DNA of 59,339 bases, filler included, from Asterionella formosa (taxonomy: Eukaryota): the NCBI GenBank assembly GCA_002256025.1. It is 7 parts of 7 records of this genome, joined end to end, with 100 filler letters (N's around TTAATTAATTAA, not from the genome) between each part and the next. Parts side by side here need not be neighbours in the genome. Positions count along the whole stretch, not along the records: positions 42,479 to 50,860 come from NKIB01012258.1; positions 50,961 to 59,339 come from NKIB01012261.1; 5 more parts are not named here. The stretch is one strand, 5' to 3'. The position numbers and the translations under genes were made by a program. The notes below the pieces were generated by a model. That model saw only the letters and a program-made list of their open reading frames with translations, did no database searches and had not been told where the DNA came from. Positions 47,658-59,339 of the stretch are shown here, one piece after another. Each line of letters opens with the position of its first letter. Position 1 is the stretch's first letter.

Positions 47658-48878
47658 TCATTCGAAATAGCATTCTTCAGTGTCAACCCCATGCCAAATG
47701 CAACCAAATTCGTCACCAGAGAGTTCTTCTTCGATCGTTTCCGATGTCAACTCGAAGCAATGCGCAGCAAAGTCTTTCAAGATGCCAACATCATCTTCGG
47801 CCGTAGGAGGATCTTCCCATGTCTTACCCTTCAGGGAAGTAGCACCACTGTTACGCAGCATCTTCAAAGCCAATTCTGGCGATGGTCGCCCGAAGAAGAT
47901 CTGATGCTCAATTGGAACCCAAGCAAAGCTGAAGTACTCTTGGCCAATGACAATGAGCTGACCTTCCATCCATTGGTTGTTCTTAAAGCCGTCCTCTGCA
48001 ACTTGACCAAGACCAATGTGTCTCGGTAGCTCCTTAGTTCCCCACTTTTGAGCAGCCTTGTCAGTCAAGACAATTGGTTGAAGAGCCTTTTTCACTTGTG
48101 TCTTTCCTCCGATTCGCTTGGGGGGAACAGGTGAAAGGTCAGCTTGGAAAGTAATTTCTCCGAGAGGGACGTTCTTGTCACCCGTTACTTTGTATGCGAT
48201 TAACGTATCCCCGGAATACGTAACATTGATCATTTCATAGCCATGATTGCCATACCTAGATAAGCGTTGGTTGTTAATGGTGGACGAGATTGATGAGCTG
48301 ATGAAACGGAAACAAATGAAGAGAGGAAGGTCAACTTACTTGCCGACCCAAAGTCCTTCAAGGTTAAACTGAGGCAGGCAACTCCTCGCATTCAGAGCCT
48401 TTATCTTGTGCTCTTCGGCAGCATTGATCTCGCCTTTCATTTTTGCGATCTCCATTTCCTCCAGAGCCAACTGATACACCAATTCGGGATCCCGGCTCTC
48501 TATCTTCAGAAGCGAGTCCCGGATCGCATTCTCAACGTCTCGCTTGCCGCTACCAATCGCCGCAACAAGCTCGGAGCTCAATTTTGCCATGGAAGCTCGT
48601 AGTGTCCACAATTCGTCACCGTACTTGGCGAATTGGACACGATTTCGGCTGTCCTTATCCTTGCGCTGGCGACGAACATCAGTCTCCTTCACGGGCTCGA
48701 GGTTGAAGAACTCTGCCTTGCGGCGCAGCTTCTCGCCATCTGTTGAGCCATCCGACGACAAGGGCGAAAACGAGCGCGTCCATGATGTACGTCTGTGTTT
48801 GGCAGAGAGAAATGCATCTGTGCTCTCAGCAAAGAAAAGAACAGTTCCAGCGATGACTAATTGCGAGACGGCAAACAT
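47658..48878 (-). CDS. Plastid-targeted DUF3506 (EXECUTER C-terminal / cyclin D1-binding-like) protein, intron 48256-48339
   Basis: MFAVSQLVIAGTVLFFAESTDA/FL presequence. Spliced GLWVGKYGNHGYEMINV...AYKVTGDKNVPLGEITF...GQVAEDGFKNNQWMEGQL. Confidence 0.85.
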
Positions 48879-49467
48879 GATGAAGGCAACGGCAGGGAGT
48901 TCCTCGGTTGGGTTGGGGGATCTTTGAATGACTTGACGTTGACAATGGAGATTATACAAGGACCCTGTTGCAAGACCCTCAACGTTGTTGAATTGATACA
49001 GGCAGAACTGATGAGAAAGTTGTCAAGCTACCCTATTTTTATGTAACCACAGAATAATCATCATATTTCTGTCCTGCACTGGTGATGCATGAGCGACGAG
49101 AAATTCTAACCTCCTTGGCACAGACGTCATAAATCATCATTGACTTCTTTTCTGTCCTACATAACATGATGACCTCATCGGAAGTCAACCCACGTATGCT
49201 AGACGGTATTTCGACTCCTTCGACCTTCCGGATACAAATTCGACCACGTCGTGAATGGTACAGGTACCTGGTATGGTAGCTGGTACCAGGGTACCTGGCA
49301 CTCCGGAGTACCATACCTGGTACCAGGCACTTTACATACCGCTAAGACGGTAAGACTACCGTACCAGGTACCAGGTACCTGGTGGTACCGGTACTACCGG
49401 TGCTACCGGTAGGCAAAAGTGCCATTCTTTCATGCTGAGCAAGAGCTACATACCGCCCAGGTACCAG

Positions 49468-49555
49468 CACGTTGCAGTAATTGTGCTGAAACTAAAACTT
49501 TAGGTATCTTTATCTGATATTAAATTATTTATTTAAGCAAAATGACCGCAACTAG
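49468..49555. mobile_element. 88-bp MITE with CAG target-site duplication
   Basis: GGTAC-CAG|CACGTTGCAGTAATTGTGCT...AGCAAAATGACCGCAACTAG|CAG-GTACC. Confidence 0.75.
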
Positions 49556-49778
49556 CAGGTACCAGGGCACCTGGTACCGTGTTCGGAAACTCTGACGAGG
49601 AGGACAACTCGACTTCGAACTCCTCCTGGGAAGGTCTATTTCCAGACCATCAGTACCGGTACCAGTTACTCCCTCACCAGGTACCAGGTACTAGGTACCC
49701 CACTATGTAGTTGCAAGTGTTCCGGCACCTGGTACCACGTAGCTGGTACCTGGTTCAAATGGGGGTACCAGGTACCAG

Positions 49779-49866
49779 CAAGTTGCGGTCATTTTGCTTA
49801 AACTAACATTTTAATCTCGGATAAAGATAGCTAAATGCTTAGTTTCAGCAAAATTACCGCGACTTG
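49779..49866. mobile_element. 88-bp MITE, inverted relative to 49468-49555
   Basis: GGTAC-CAG|CAAGTTGCGGTCATTTTGCT...AGCAAAATTACCGCGACTTG|cc-CAG-GTACC. Confidence 0.75.
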
Positions 49867-49904
49867 CCCAGGTACCTTGGTACTACCTGGTACCAGGGTA
49901 CCAG

Positions 49905-50621
49905 CAAGTTACGGTCATTTTGCCAATGAATACCGGCAAACAGATAACGTGGCGACAGACAGACACTCAATTTCAACTCCATGCAACAGCAAAATGACAT
50001 GGACATACTACTAGTATGTTCTTTATACTGGTCCATTCAGAGGCATTCTTCCTAACAATCCATGTTGATGATATACAAACGCCACATATTGTCATCAAGT
50101 AGCCAAAATCTACAACATCATTGGCTGAAAACATTGATTGATTTATAAAGCATGATTTATCTGTTTACAATATGGATATCAATTGCCAGCATGATGTTGA
50201 CATTATTACAACTACCAGTACCAGTAAATGTGTTCCAGGGGGATGCATCATGAATAGCTAGCTATATGCATTCCATATATATCAAAGAGATATAGTTTAT
50301 ATACAGCCCTAGATACTATCATTTTAGTCATTTCAAACTTGACACATAGTAAGTCCAGTCATTACTGTAGATGTTGGTAAATGTTTTCCATGTATTTTTT
50401 TCACTACTGAACCCAACAGAATGTTGTTCACTAGTAAAACCCCAATCTTAGTTTGATTGGGGGAATGAGTTTCACCCTAAAATAGTTCCAGCTGGAAAGA
50501 ATTGAAAATGATCATGCCGCAAATCAAAGATAACCATTGTTCGAGTTTATATTACTTTTAGGATTGGATTGTCATGCGTGAATATCCGCAATGTCGATAA
50601 CGGAAAATTTACCGCAACTTG
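49905..50621. mobile_element. 717-bp non-autonomous DNA transposon with the same TIRs and CAG duplication
   Basis: GGTAC-CAG|CAAGTTACGGTCATTTTGCC...GGAAAATTTACCGCAACTTG|CAG-GTAGC. Confidence 0.7.
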
Positions 50622-52063
50622 CAGGTAGCCTACTCCCTGTGTCTGATAACAGTTGCATCGATTTGCACCAAATCAAGTGCCGAGCAGCCTATTTTTAGGT
50701 TAGATTACATCGAAAACATATCCTTTTTCTAGTTGAGGGCGGGCTTACCCGAAAAAATACGTTTTAAATGAGTTACAGCCATAGACATAATTAAAAATTC
50801 TATTTCTGTAATTAAACTATTAAGATATAAATAAAGTAATCGAAATCAATTTAACATACANNNNNNNNNNNNNNNNNNNNNNNNNNNNNNNNNNNNNNNN
50901 NNNNTTAATTAATTAANNNNNNNNNNNNNNNNNNNNNNNNNNNNNNNNNNNNNNNNNNNNTCCTAACGAGCTCTACTCGTTCGACATACTCAGACACAAT
51001 AGGAGCATCACGCTGATGGAGGGCTGGGGAGAGTGTAGCATTGATATTCGCCATGTTTGATTTGTTCGTTGTGATTTGGTTCTTGTTAGAGGGAAGGCGC
51101 CATCAGCAAGAAGTGATGAAACGCCTTGTTCTCTTGAGTCCTGCTGCCTACCAGTAATACAGTACACATAACGGTATTAAACCTTTTGTTTCTATTGGGC
51201 GCTTCGAAGAATTTGTAACAAAACTAAATCACAAATATTCCATTGTGATTTGCTGTACCTGGTACCTGGTACCAGGTACCGTTGTGCACATGAAGCACTT
51301 GTCGTGACGGAGCGACATGATTTTTGCTCCTCTATGTTGCCTACGTGAATGTCATTAACCTTCTTTTTTTTGTTTAACGAATCTCAACTTTTTCTGATAC
51401 CGGTACCGGTAGTCGACTACCGGTAATCATTTAGTAATTCCAAATTCGTCGAATTGAATTCGTACCGGTAATTGCTTCTCTTTTTGTCTTGAGTTCAATA
51501 TATGTGCGTATAGTGTGGTATGGCTATCATATCCCTTAAATTACCGCGGTAAATACATACGGCACACCGGTTACAGGCTGGCTACGAATATGTGCTTTTC
51601 CCTCTAGACTATTTTGAAACACATCGAGCACTTGTCGTGACAGATAGGATTTTTGCTCCCCTATGTTGCCTATGGGAATGTCATGTAGCTTTTTATGTTT
51701 AGATGTGCGATTATTTTAGTTTCGCAATTGTATCTGATAGTCGACTAATGTAGCAGGCTTCTTCAAGACCCCTGTTTTTGATGTCGTCTGAACCTCAGAC
51801 TTGCTACCCTGATGGTATTTCACCATGTAAATGGCGTCTTACTGTTTGTTTATCATGAGAAATAGTAAAGATGTGTTGCTTTGTTGCTAGTCAAGAAGCA
51901 GCTAATGCGCTAGTCAACAGTAGGAATTCTATATTTGTAGAAGCTTTAACGGAAGTTAAGTGTCCATCATATTCATGCAATGATGCATAAGAAGTACCAA
52001 AAGGAAAGATAATGAAAGAAACTTGGCATCATGAAGAGGAAAAATAGAGGAGTCAATCTTGAA

Positions 52064-52745
52064 CTAAGAGATTTGACTATGTTGGGTATTTGCGTGTAGT
52101 GTAATGAGCGATGATAGTTCATCCCTCCTTGAGATTTCATGCCTTTTTTTGTTAATATTCTTCGATTTTTTCATTGTATTCTGATCGAGAAATTGTATTT
52201 TCCTGCCATTATGTAACACAGAATTTCTTTCCTTCCAGGCGCTGTCCATCAGGAGCCATATTCGTGTGATGGCCGTTTAGACCCAACTGTTGCATTCTGT
52301 TTTTGTTGGACTTGGCTGGATCTGTTGTGGCTCTTTTTACTGCACTTCGCCATCCTTTGCTTAAATATCCTTGTAAAGTCATTATCTGCCCATTTTGTTT
52401 TGTTGTTCTATTGCCTGACATACCGGGGGTATCCTTTTTCTGGTTGTATCCGACGTGCTTGGATTGAAACTTGGCTGAAATGGATCTTTTGTTAACAATA
52501 AAAGATGCTTCATGTACTCCAGCCATACCTGTGCTACTGTTTGTCCCACTTTTGATGATATATTGTCCCAGTCCACCAACTTTTCTCTTTGCTGGTCATA
52601 CTTTTTTTACGAAGTATGCTTTGTAGTTTTCTAGCTTGATATGTTGTCTCATATGTTCGGCTGAGTTTTTGTGGATCATTTTTCCTTGAATGAGTAGACT
52701 TGCTTGCATGGTCTGAAAATGTGTGATTCTTTGCTTTGGCCCACC
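52064..52745 (-). mobile_element. Degenerate non-LTR retrotransposon ORF2 C-terminal remnant
   Basis: VDWDNI, AIEQQNKMG, LQGYLSKGW and AWKERNSVLH fit the Q--IGW---G--S--W...W--RN--LH pattern of LINE C-termini. It has many stops and frameshifts. Confidence 0.6.
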
Positions 52746-52749
52746 AGTT

Positions 52750-53340
52750 GCAACCGACTTAGGATGGTTTCATACAGAGTCATGTTGACATGTGCCTCCT
52801 CTATAAGAAAAACATGTTGATTGTGGCATTTGTTGATGACATGGGAATTGCACAAACAATGCAAAAGAACAAGTCGATATGCTAAATGAAAGAATTGTAA
52901 AGGCAGGCTTTGAAATGACTCGTGAAGGAAGTTTCTCTGAATTTCTTGGTATAAAGTTTGTGAAGGACCCAGTGGAGAAAACCATAACACTCACTCAGTG
53001 TGGATTGATCAAGAAGATCATTGATGCAAGTGGCATGAGCAACTGCAATCCAAATTGTACCCCAGCTACACAGCTTGCACTCGGAAGTGATCCTGGCTGA
53101 TGGAGAAGAAAAGTCAGAATAATGAAGCTACACATCTATTGTTGGAATGCTCCTTTATCTTGCCACCAACACTCATCCTGACATTGCATTTGCAGTCAGC
53201 CAAGTTGCCCGATTCAATCACACACCAAAGCAAAGCTGTGCTACAGCAATCAAGACCATTGTCCATTTCCTCGATCGCACATCTGATAAAGGTACTATTG
53301 TTTGTCCACCTGGAAAATTGCAGCTTGATTGCAGTAGGCT
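52750..53340 (+). mobile_element. Degenerate Ty1/Copia RT fragment
   Basis: QSHVDMCLLYKKNMLIVAFVDD, GFEMTREGSFSEFLGIKF and VGMLLYLATNTHPDIAFAVSQVARF. Confidence 0.88.
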
Positions 53341-53660
53341 TGATAACTTCCAGCATCATTCTTGCAAAAATAATGGAAAACAACAAATAATTACATATTT
53401 TAGCAAAACCATACTTGTGAAACAAGCCCCCCCCCACCTTTCAACTGTAAAGCTTGCTTCTACGAATTGGCCGCAATTGCAGTACTTACTACCAGGCACT
53501 CTACCTACTGCCTGGCTAGCTTGGTGGACTGTCAGCTTCCTACACTTTGGGAAGGAATAACACGACTAGTACCCTGGTACCTGGTACCACACACCACAAA
53601 GTCCCATCATTTTCTTATTGGTAGTAATCGGGTTTACCAATATAATGATACACATGTAAT

Positions 53661-53741
53661 ACTAAGCAAAATATAAACAAGCGCTGAACATAACACAACA
53701 AAAGCATATGCCGCCAGATAGAAAAATACAGTTACCAATTG
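53661..53741. repeat. Direct repeat, second copy 58291-58379
   Basis: TAAGCAAAATATAAACAAGCGCTGAACA...AAATACAGTTACCAATTG occurs in both. Confidence 0.8.
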
Positions 53742-56088
53742 AAAGCTTGTTCCTCTGGCATTTGGCATTGATATGGCACTGTCTGGGGTAAAATACTGTG
53801 TGATTGGGTTGACATTTAAGAATCATTATATCTCCCCTGTTTGCTGTTGTTCTACAGTCATTGGTCAAGTCTCCACTATCTGCTGTCTTTCCACTTAGTT
53901 GTGCTAGTGTGATGAAGTAAGATAGGAGTGTTCAATATCCCCCCTCTTCTCCCAAGAGGGACGGTGAGCGCTGAGCCGACGAGGCAAGCAGAGTCCTTGG
54001 CTGTTGGGAGATAAAGTAAAGGAACAACGAAGTAAGGAAGGAAGAAATCCCCTTGTTAGGTTCTTGTGGGCGTTGTGAGCGTCTTTTTATACTCAGTACA
54101 GAGTAGAATGTGATGAGATGGGGGGCACAACAAATTAGAGCATGTATCCAATGGAAGTGGGTAGTGAGTTTTGCAACCATGACGCACAGGTGGCGGTCTG
54201 CAACAACACTGGAGCGCCACTATGGGCAGCAAAGGTCCGCCGGAAAATCGTCTGCAAATAAAAAGTATCATGCATATAGGATCAAGGGTATTGTACGCTA
54301 AGTGGCACAGGATTTTCCTATAGATGATAATTTTTGGATCAAAATTATGAGCAAGGTATCCTATAACTATGATGATTTATTAATATCTTACGGAACTTGA
54401 AGTATAATGATAATAAGAACATTATCATCACACAATGTATATCAACTGATCAACAACATTTCTCATGAATATCATAAGCGTGCTCATATTATTTTCACTT
54501 CTCATGATCGCCAAATGTAAATTATTACTACAATGCATCCTTAAATCAGCCAAACTCTATTCTATCATGTGAATTGTTTCATCACATATCTATCGTAAAC
54601 ATGATCATAATTCTAATCACAAGCATTGTTCAAAATAGATTAAATTGGATCGTAATTTAACTATCAAATTTAGCAATGCTATCTATGATTCTACAGGCCA
54701 GCAACCCAACGTTTCTCTCTCTACTTGGCTCAATGTATATTGTTCCTGTCTTGCCCTTTTTTCCTCTTTTCTGAATCTTGTGCCAAGCAGTGCTTCGTCT
54801 CTTTCTCTCCTTGCTGTTAGTTTCATTCTGAACTCGCCGACTATTCCGTTGTTTGATCGGTTTTATTGTCCTATGCAGTTACAGTAACAATGAAAAGGAA
54901 TGACTTGTTAGCTAGACATGCTACACTGACACCACAACATCACGCCATTCCATCGTATCTTCTCGCTTGCTTCACTTACCACAGCCAAATCAAAGCAAGT
55001 GATGCATAAGTCTGTAATAGTAAATTGTCAGTAAATTCTTGAATAAGTAAGTTTCAGGTTTCCAATGTTGCCAAATAAAACTTACCGAGGATTCATTTTC
55101 GTTAGCTTAATTTTGAGAGAAAATAAACGTGTCCGTCAGTTATGTTCCAACAGAAGTGAATAGGTCCAACGACAAGAGCACTTACCAATTTTGTTTTGTT
55201 TTGCATTGGTGCTCCGGAACAAGCGAAATGAGCTATTGAATCAACTGAGAAGAAAGGAAATGTGCGTTTAGTTTACAATTTGTTTTTGTCCTGCCTCCCA
55301 ACGATTGTCATCCAAGTACCACATTGATGGCTTCATTAACTTAAATATACTCCAACCTTCAAAGGCTCAATGTGTCGAAGCCACCATGTTTTTTGTTATT
55401 GCATAAACTTTCCTTTCTTGTCATGTGCTTTACTATGATGTTTCTTTTCACGAAGCAGGCATTGTTTGTTAACATGACAGAACGATTTCAAATATATTTG
55501 GCATGTATATAGTTATAAAATTTGTAAATATATAAAAATATCAAGTGTAGTACATTTATAAAATTCAGAGGCACTCTCAATATGGCACCACGTCTGGTAG
55601 CTAGCTATTGTTGAGATGATCATATTTGCATATAGATAATTCGAAAATATTCAATGCACCATATGTCCATTGTTTTCCACGACTTTGTGTACCAGTACTG
55701 TTTCTGAAATTTGTTTGCATCAATATTTTCTACGTCCGTTGGAACTAATTATTTACCGACAGACCATTAAATTGGTGTAAGTCACAACCCATTTGTATCA
55801 TTATTTATATGCAAGGATTTTGGTAGCTAATTAGCTATTTAAGCCCCTTTTTTGGCGAGAGTTCTTCATGTGTACATCATATGATCATAACATTTGATCA
55901 TATAAATACAGAGTACCAGTAGCAGGTAGGAAGTGATATACTGGGGGTAGTTGGAGTAGTAAGTGAGCAACAGAAAACCATATGTCCAGGACTGTTGCTA
56001 CTGCAACGGGACAGTAAATTATCATAGTTTCAGTATCGTATGATCATAAAATTGAAAGGGGATAGCGTGTTGAGAAAGAATTCTTACT

Positions 56089-56360
56089 TCATCCACAGGT
56101 CACTCAGACCTGTGCCCGGTGAGGCGCCCCGACTCCCATCACAGAGCCGAAGCAGTGTGAGACTTGCACTCACTAAAAAACCTTGGGATTCCCCAGTCTT
56201 GACCAGTACTCGGTCTGCCCTACACATCGGTGCGTTGGCCTGTGGAGGTGTGTGGGACCCCAGAAGCAGAGTGTAGCCCCCCTAACTGGGACCTGATTGT
56301 GTGAGCACAAAGTCTCACAGCGTTCAACTGACGCCCAACAAGGGTTGATTCCTGCTAGGC
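56089..56360 (-). mobile_element. Structured repeat element (copy B)
   Basis: Blocks shared with 24862-25155, including a covarying hairpin. Confidence 0.55.
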
Positions 56361-56537
56361 TGTCATTCACATTTGCGTCTGTCCCATACCTAACTACCCA
56401 ACAAATGGGCTGCTCCCTCTGTGGAACAGGTCCATTTGTGCTTGTGACTGGTGGCTTTGGTCTTGCCATCCTGCACACTGAGGGATCCCATAATTACCAT
56501 CTCTTACCCAAAATATAGGCACCATGTCCTAAGTTGA

Positions 56538-57535
56538 ATATATATATTAAGTAACATACTTTATCATTGATTTATTTATTTTCTATGATGTATTGATAAC
56601 ACTTGTGAACATATTTTATCATATTTTGTTATCATTGTATTTTTTTAACATAATAATTTTTTGATTAAGAATAGATCATAAACATTTTAAGAAATCATCA
56701 TAGTTCTATGATCAATGTATCACAGCTACGTGATATACTTTATTCAATATTACGTATCATAGTTTGGTGATGTATGCATCGATGTAACCCTATTGTGATA
56801 TCACATTATCATCTTATCAATCATTCAATGTTGATTGGGACCTGTATTCTGCATCGTACTACAGAGTATGATTTTATCATAACACGCACTTTAGTAGCTA
56901 AGTCACTAGTGTATAATGTACACAAGTCAACAGTGCACGTACTACACACATGCTAAGCAGGTTTGAGGCAACGGACAGTGGTTCCAACAAGCGAATGACG
57001 ATACAGGTACCAATTTTTCCAGCGGGAAACCACAATGATGAAGGACACTTGTCCCTCTATTGATGGTAACACGGACACCGGCTTTTCCAGGAGCAAACAA
57101 CCATGAAGTGAGCCACTTGTCGCTCTATTGATGGTAACATAGATGCGGACAAGTTCATTGGTGAATACAAGAACAACATGCCAATGAAAACAAGTCGACA
57201 GTGTGTGTACGCACATGCTAAGCAGGTTTGAGGCAATTGACAGTTCCAAGAAGCAAATGACGATGCGGATATCGAATTTTTCCTGCAGCAAACCACAATG
57301 ATTATGACAAATGATATTCGTCCCTCTATTGTTGGTGATATGGATACCGGGCGGGTTTTCCATGAGCAAACAATAATGAAGTGAGCCACTTGTCGCTCTA
57401 TTGATGGTAACAAAGATGCGGACAAGTTCAAAAGTGAATACAAGTACAGTATCCCAAATGCAGAAACGAGCAATTTGAAAAAGAAATTGTAATCAGAATC
57501 ATTCTATAACTATAACTATGTATACAGCAGTCTGT
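56538..57535. repeat. Second copy of the 30505-31410 dispersed repeat
   Basis: Colinear match that continues past the point where the other copy is interrupted by the Copia LTR. Confidence 0.9.
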
Positions 57536-59212
57536 TACATTTTCGTATCTCCTTCTATGGTGAATCTCAATGGAAGATGTAGTATCATGTGAGAATTGAA
57601 AATGTCAACAAAAACAAATAGAATGTGTTTGTTTACAAGTTGATTTGCAAGATTTCATGCTGGTGGTTGACGGAATGGATTTACTATTTGCGCTGTGTGC
57701 GGAAGCATTCCGAGTTTGAATGATTTCTTCTCTGTAAACTCTTACTTGAATGATTATGAACAAAGGTTCACTGCACATGACGATTACTCAAAGATATAAT
57801 GATCGCTTGACCAAAATTGAAGACGTCATTATCGCAAACAATCATTCCACTTGTCATTGCTAGTATTTCGTTGTTGTTACAAAAATCGGAGTGATGACAG
57901 ATGGAAATCACGAGCAAAATTACATTACTTGAACTGGTACATTATCCTACCAAGAAATTCAAATACAGGAATCTAATAGAAACAATACATATAATAATTT
58001 TATAAATTTAGTCAAAAGGGTTACTATTTAAAATACAAGGGCATTTATCAAAATTATTAGATGATACAACGAAAAATTATGATGAGATGATCACAATCCT
58101 ATGATGCATCATGGGAATATGATAGTTTTCATTTGCAGACAATGCCTTCAACAGCAAACTTATGGCGCACAACGTTTCAACATGTTGACGATTTGTATGC
58201 AGCAGCAATTGCTTCTGTAGGATGGCGAAGCCCTTCGCAGAAGTATGATGGTTCCAAGGCAAAGGAGCAGTAAGGTCTGCCTGATAAACTAGTAAGCAAA
58301 ATATAAACAAGCGCTGAACAAGAACATATCACGACGAAAACTTATGTCACCAGACACAGAGAAATACAGTTACCAATTGTTTATTTCTACTAATGTGTGC
58401 TCTATTAATTTATTGCATTCCTTGTTGGGTCAGCATCATACTGCAGGTAGTAGTATGCTGTCTGTCCTAAATCCATATATTGAAGTTTTGGCACATACAT
58501 CATACATATTGGACATATGTATCTTCCAACATACTACTGTTGATGTTCACCATTGAATGACTTTATCAGAGGTATGCTGCAATATTCCTCTGCTATGTAA
58601 CAACATTCTAGTGCTATTTCTATTCGCCAAAAGTTTCGGCGTGAGATTTGACTACTCTAGAATTTTGTCGATGCGGTGGGAAAAAATAGGAAAAATTCGA
58701 CTATTGATAAAAAATTTCTCAACCAAGTGACGTGTATTGATATTTTCAACTGCAATTGGCTTTGGTATTTGGTGGATGCGGTGGAGATCTCTGATATGCA
58801 AAGATTGATGATCACTAGCTTTGTACACGGTGCTACTAAATTACTAGTGCACTAGCTTCCACTACGGGTACCAGGTACGATTTAGCTCTGTATAGTAAGT
58901 ATCGTTGCTTCAGCTCGCTTGTCTGTGTGTTGGTCCAATTTCCTTATCGTCTCCTCGATTCCCACCTATGGTTTGGTTTCATATTTCATTTGATTGCAGT
59001 GTGCTTGCTCTACCGGTACCCTGGTACCTGGTACCAGTATATCGGGTAGTATCACCACGTTGCCTGTAGAAATCAACATCATCATCCTGATCTCTGTCTG
59101 CGCAATAACCGCTCTTGCCGACAAGCAATCTTCGTCCATCATTATGATTCGGAGTACCGTTACAAGGTAGAGACTCCTTGCATTGTTTACAACAATCGAT
59201 CCACTATTGATC

Positions 59213-59339
59213 ATGTCAGACCCCGATGATCTCTACACCCTCCGTGCTCAGTACTGGATGGGCCATTACCATCTGTGCCTGGATGAAGCCAAGACTGTCG
59301 CGAGACGTCCCATGTCGGCCGCACTGAAATTGGAGCGTG
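59213..59339 (+). CDS. COPE: Coatomer subunit epsilon, N-terminus (truncated by window end)
   Basis: MSDPDDLYTLRAQYWMGHYHLCLDEAKTVARRPMSAALKLER resembles the conserved D-L---R--F--G-Y---I-EA...ER start of epsilon-COP. Confidence 0.72.
   Translation, partial: MSDPDDLYTLRAQYWMGHYHLCLDEAKTVARRPMSAALKLER

Overview
Eukaryotic nuclear DNA, most likely from a diatom. The evidence is short GT-AG introns, bipartite signal plus 'AF' plastid-targeting presequences, CoDi-type Copia elements and a Plavaka-type transposase. The window is not one locus. It is seven unrelated ~8.4-kb scaffolds (1-8409, 8510-16910, 17011-25409, 25510-33898, 33999-42378, 42479-50860, 50961-59339) joined by artificial N44-TTAATTAATTAA-N44 linkers, so adjacency across linkers means nothing. 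Host genes include a SAM methyltransferase, several plastid-targeted proteins, TruA, a mesaconyl-CoA-hydratase-like double-hotdog protein, a leishmanolysin C-terminus, CCT8, two glycosyltransferase-like proteins, a DCC1-like oxidoreductase, a DUF3506/EXECUTER-like protein, the start of coatomer epsilon and tRNA-Val(AAC) genes with decayed copies. Mobile DNA includes four Copia pieces (two with LTRs), a Plavaka transposase convergent with a Ulp1-like protease, a LINE remnant and MITEs. The most interesting observations are: (i) a MITE family (TIR CAAGTTGCGGTMATTTTGC) that inserts with a CAG duplication into the palindrome GGTAC-CWG-GTACC, which also forms dense tracts near gene starts; (ii) an inverted duplication whose two arms show those GGTACC tracts present in one copy only; (iii) a ~280-nt structured element with a compensatory base change, found on two scaffolds.
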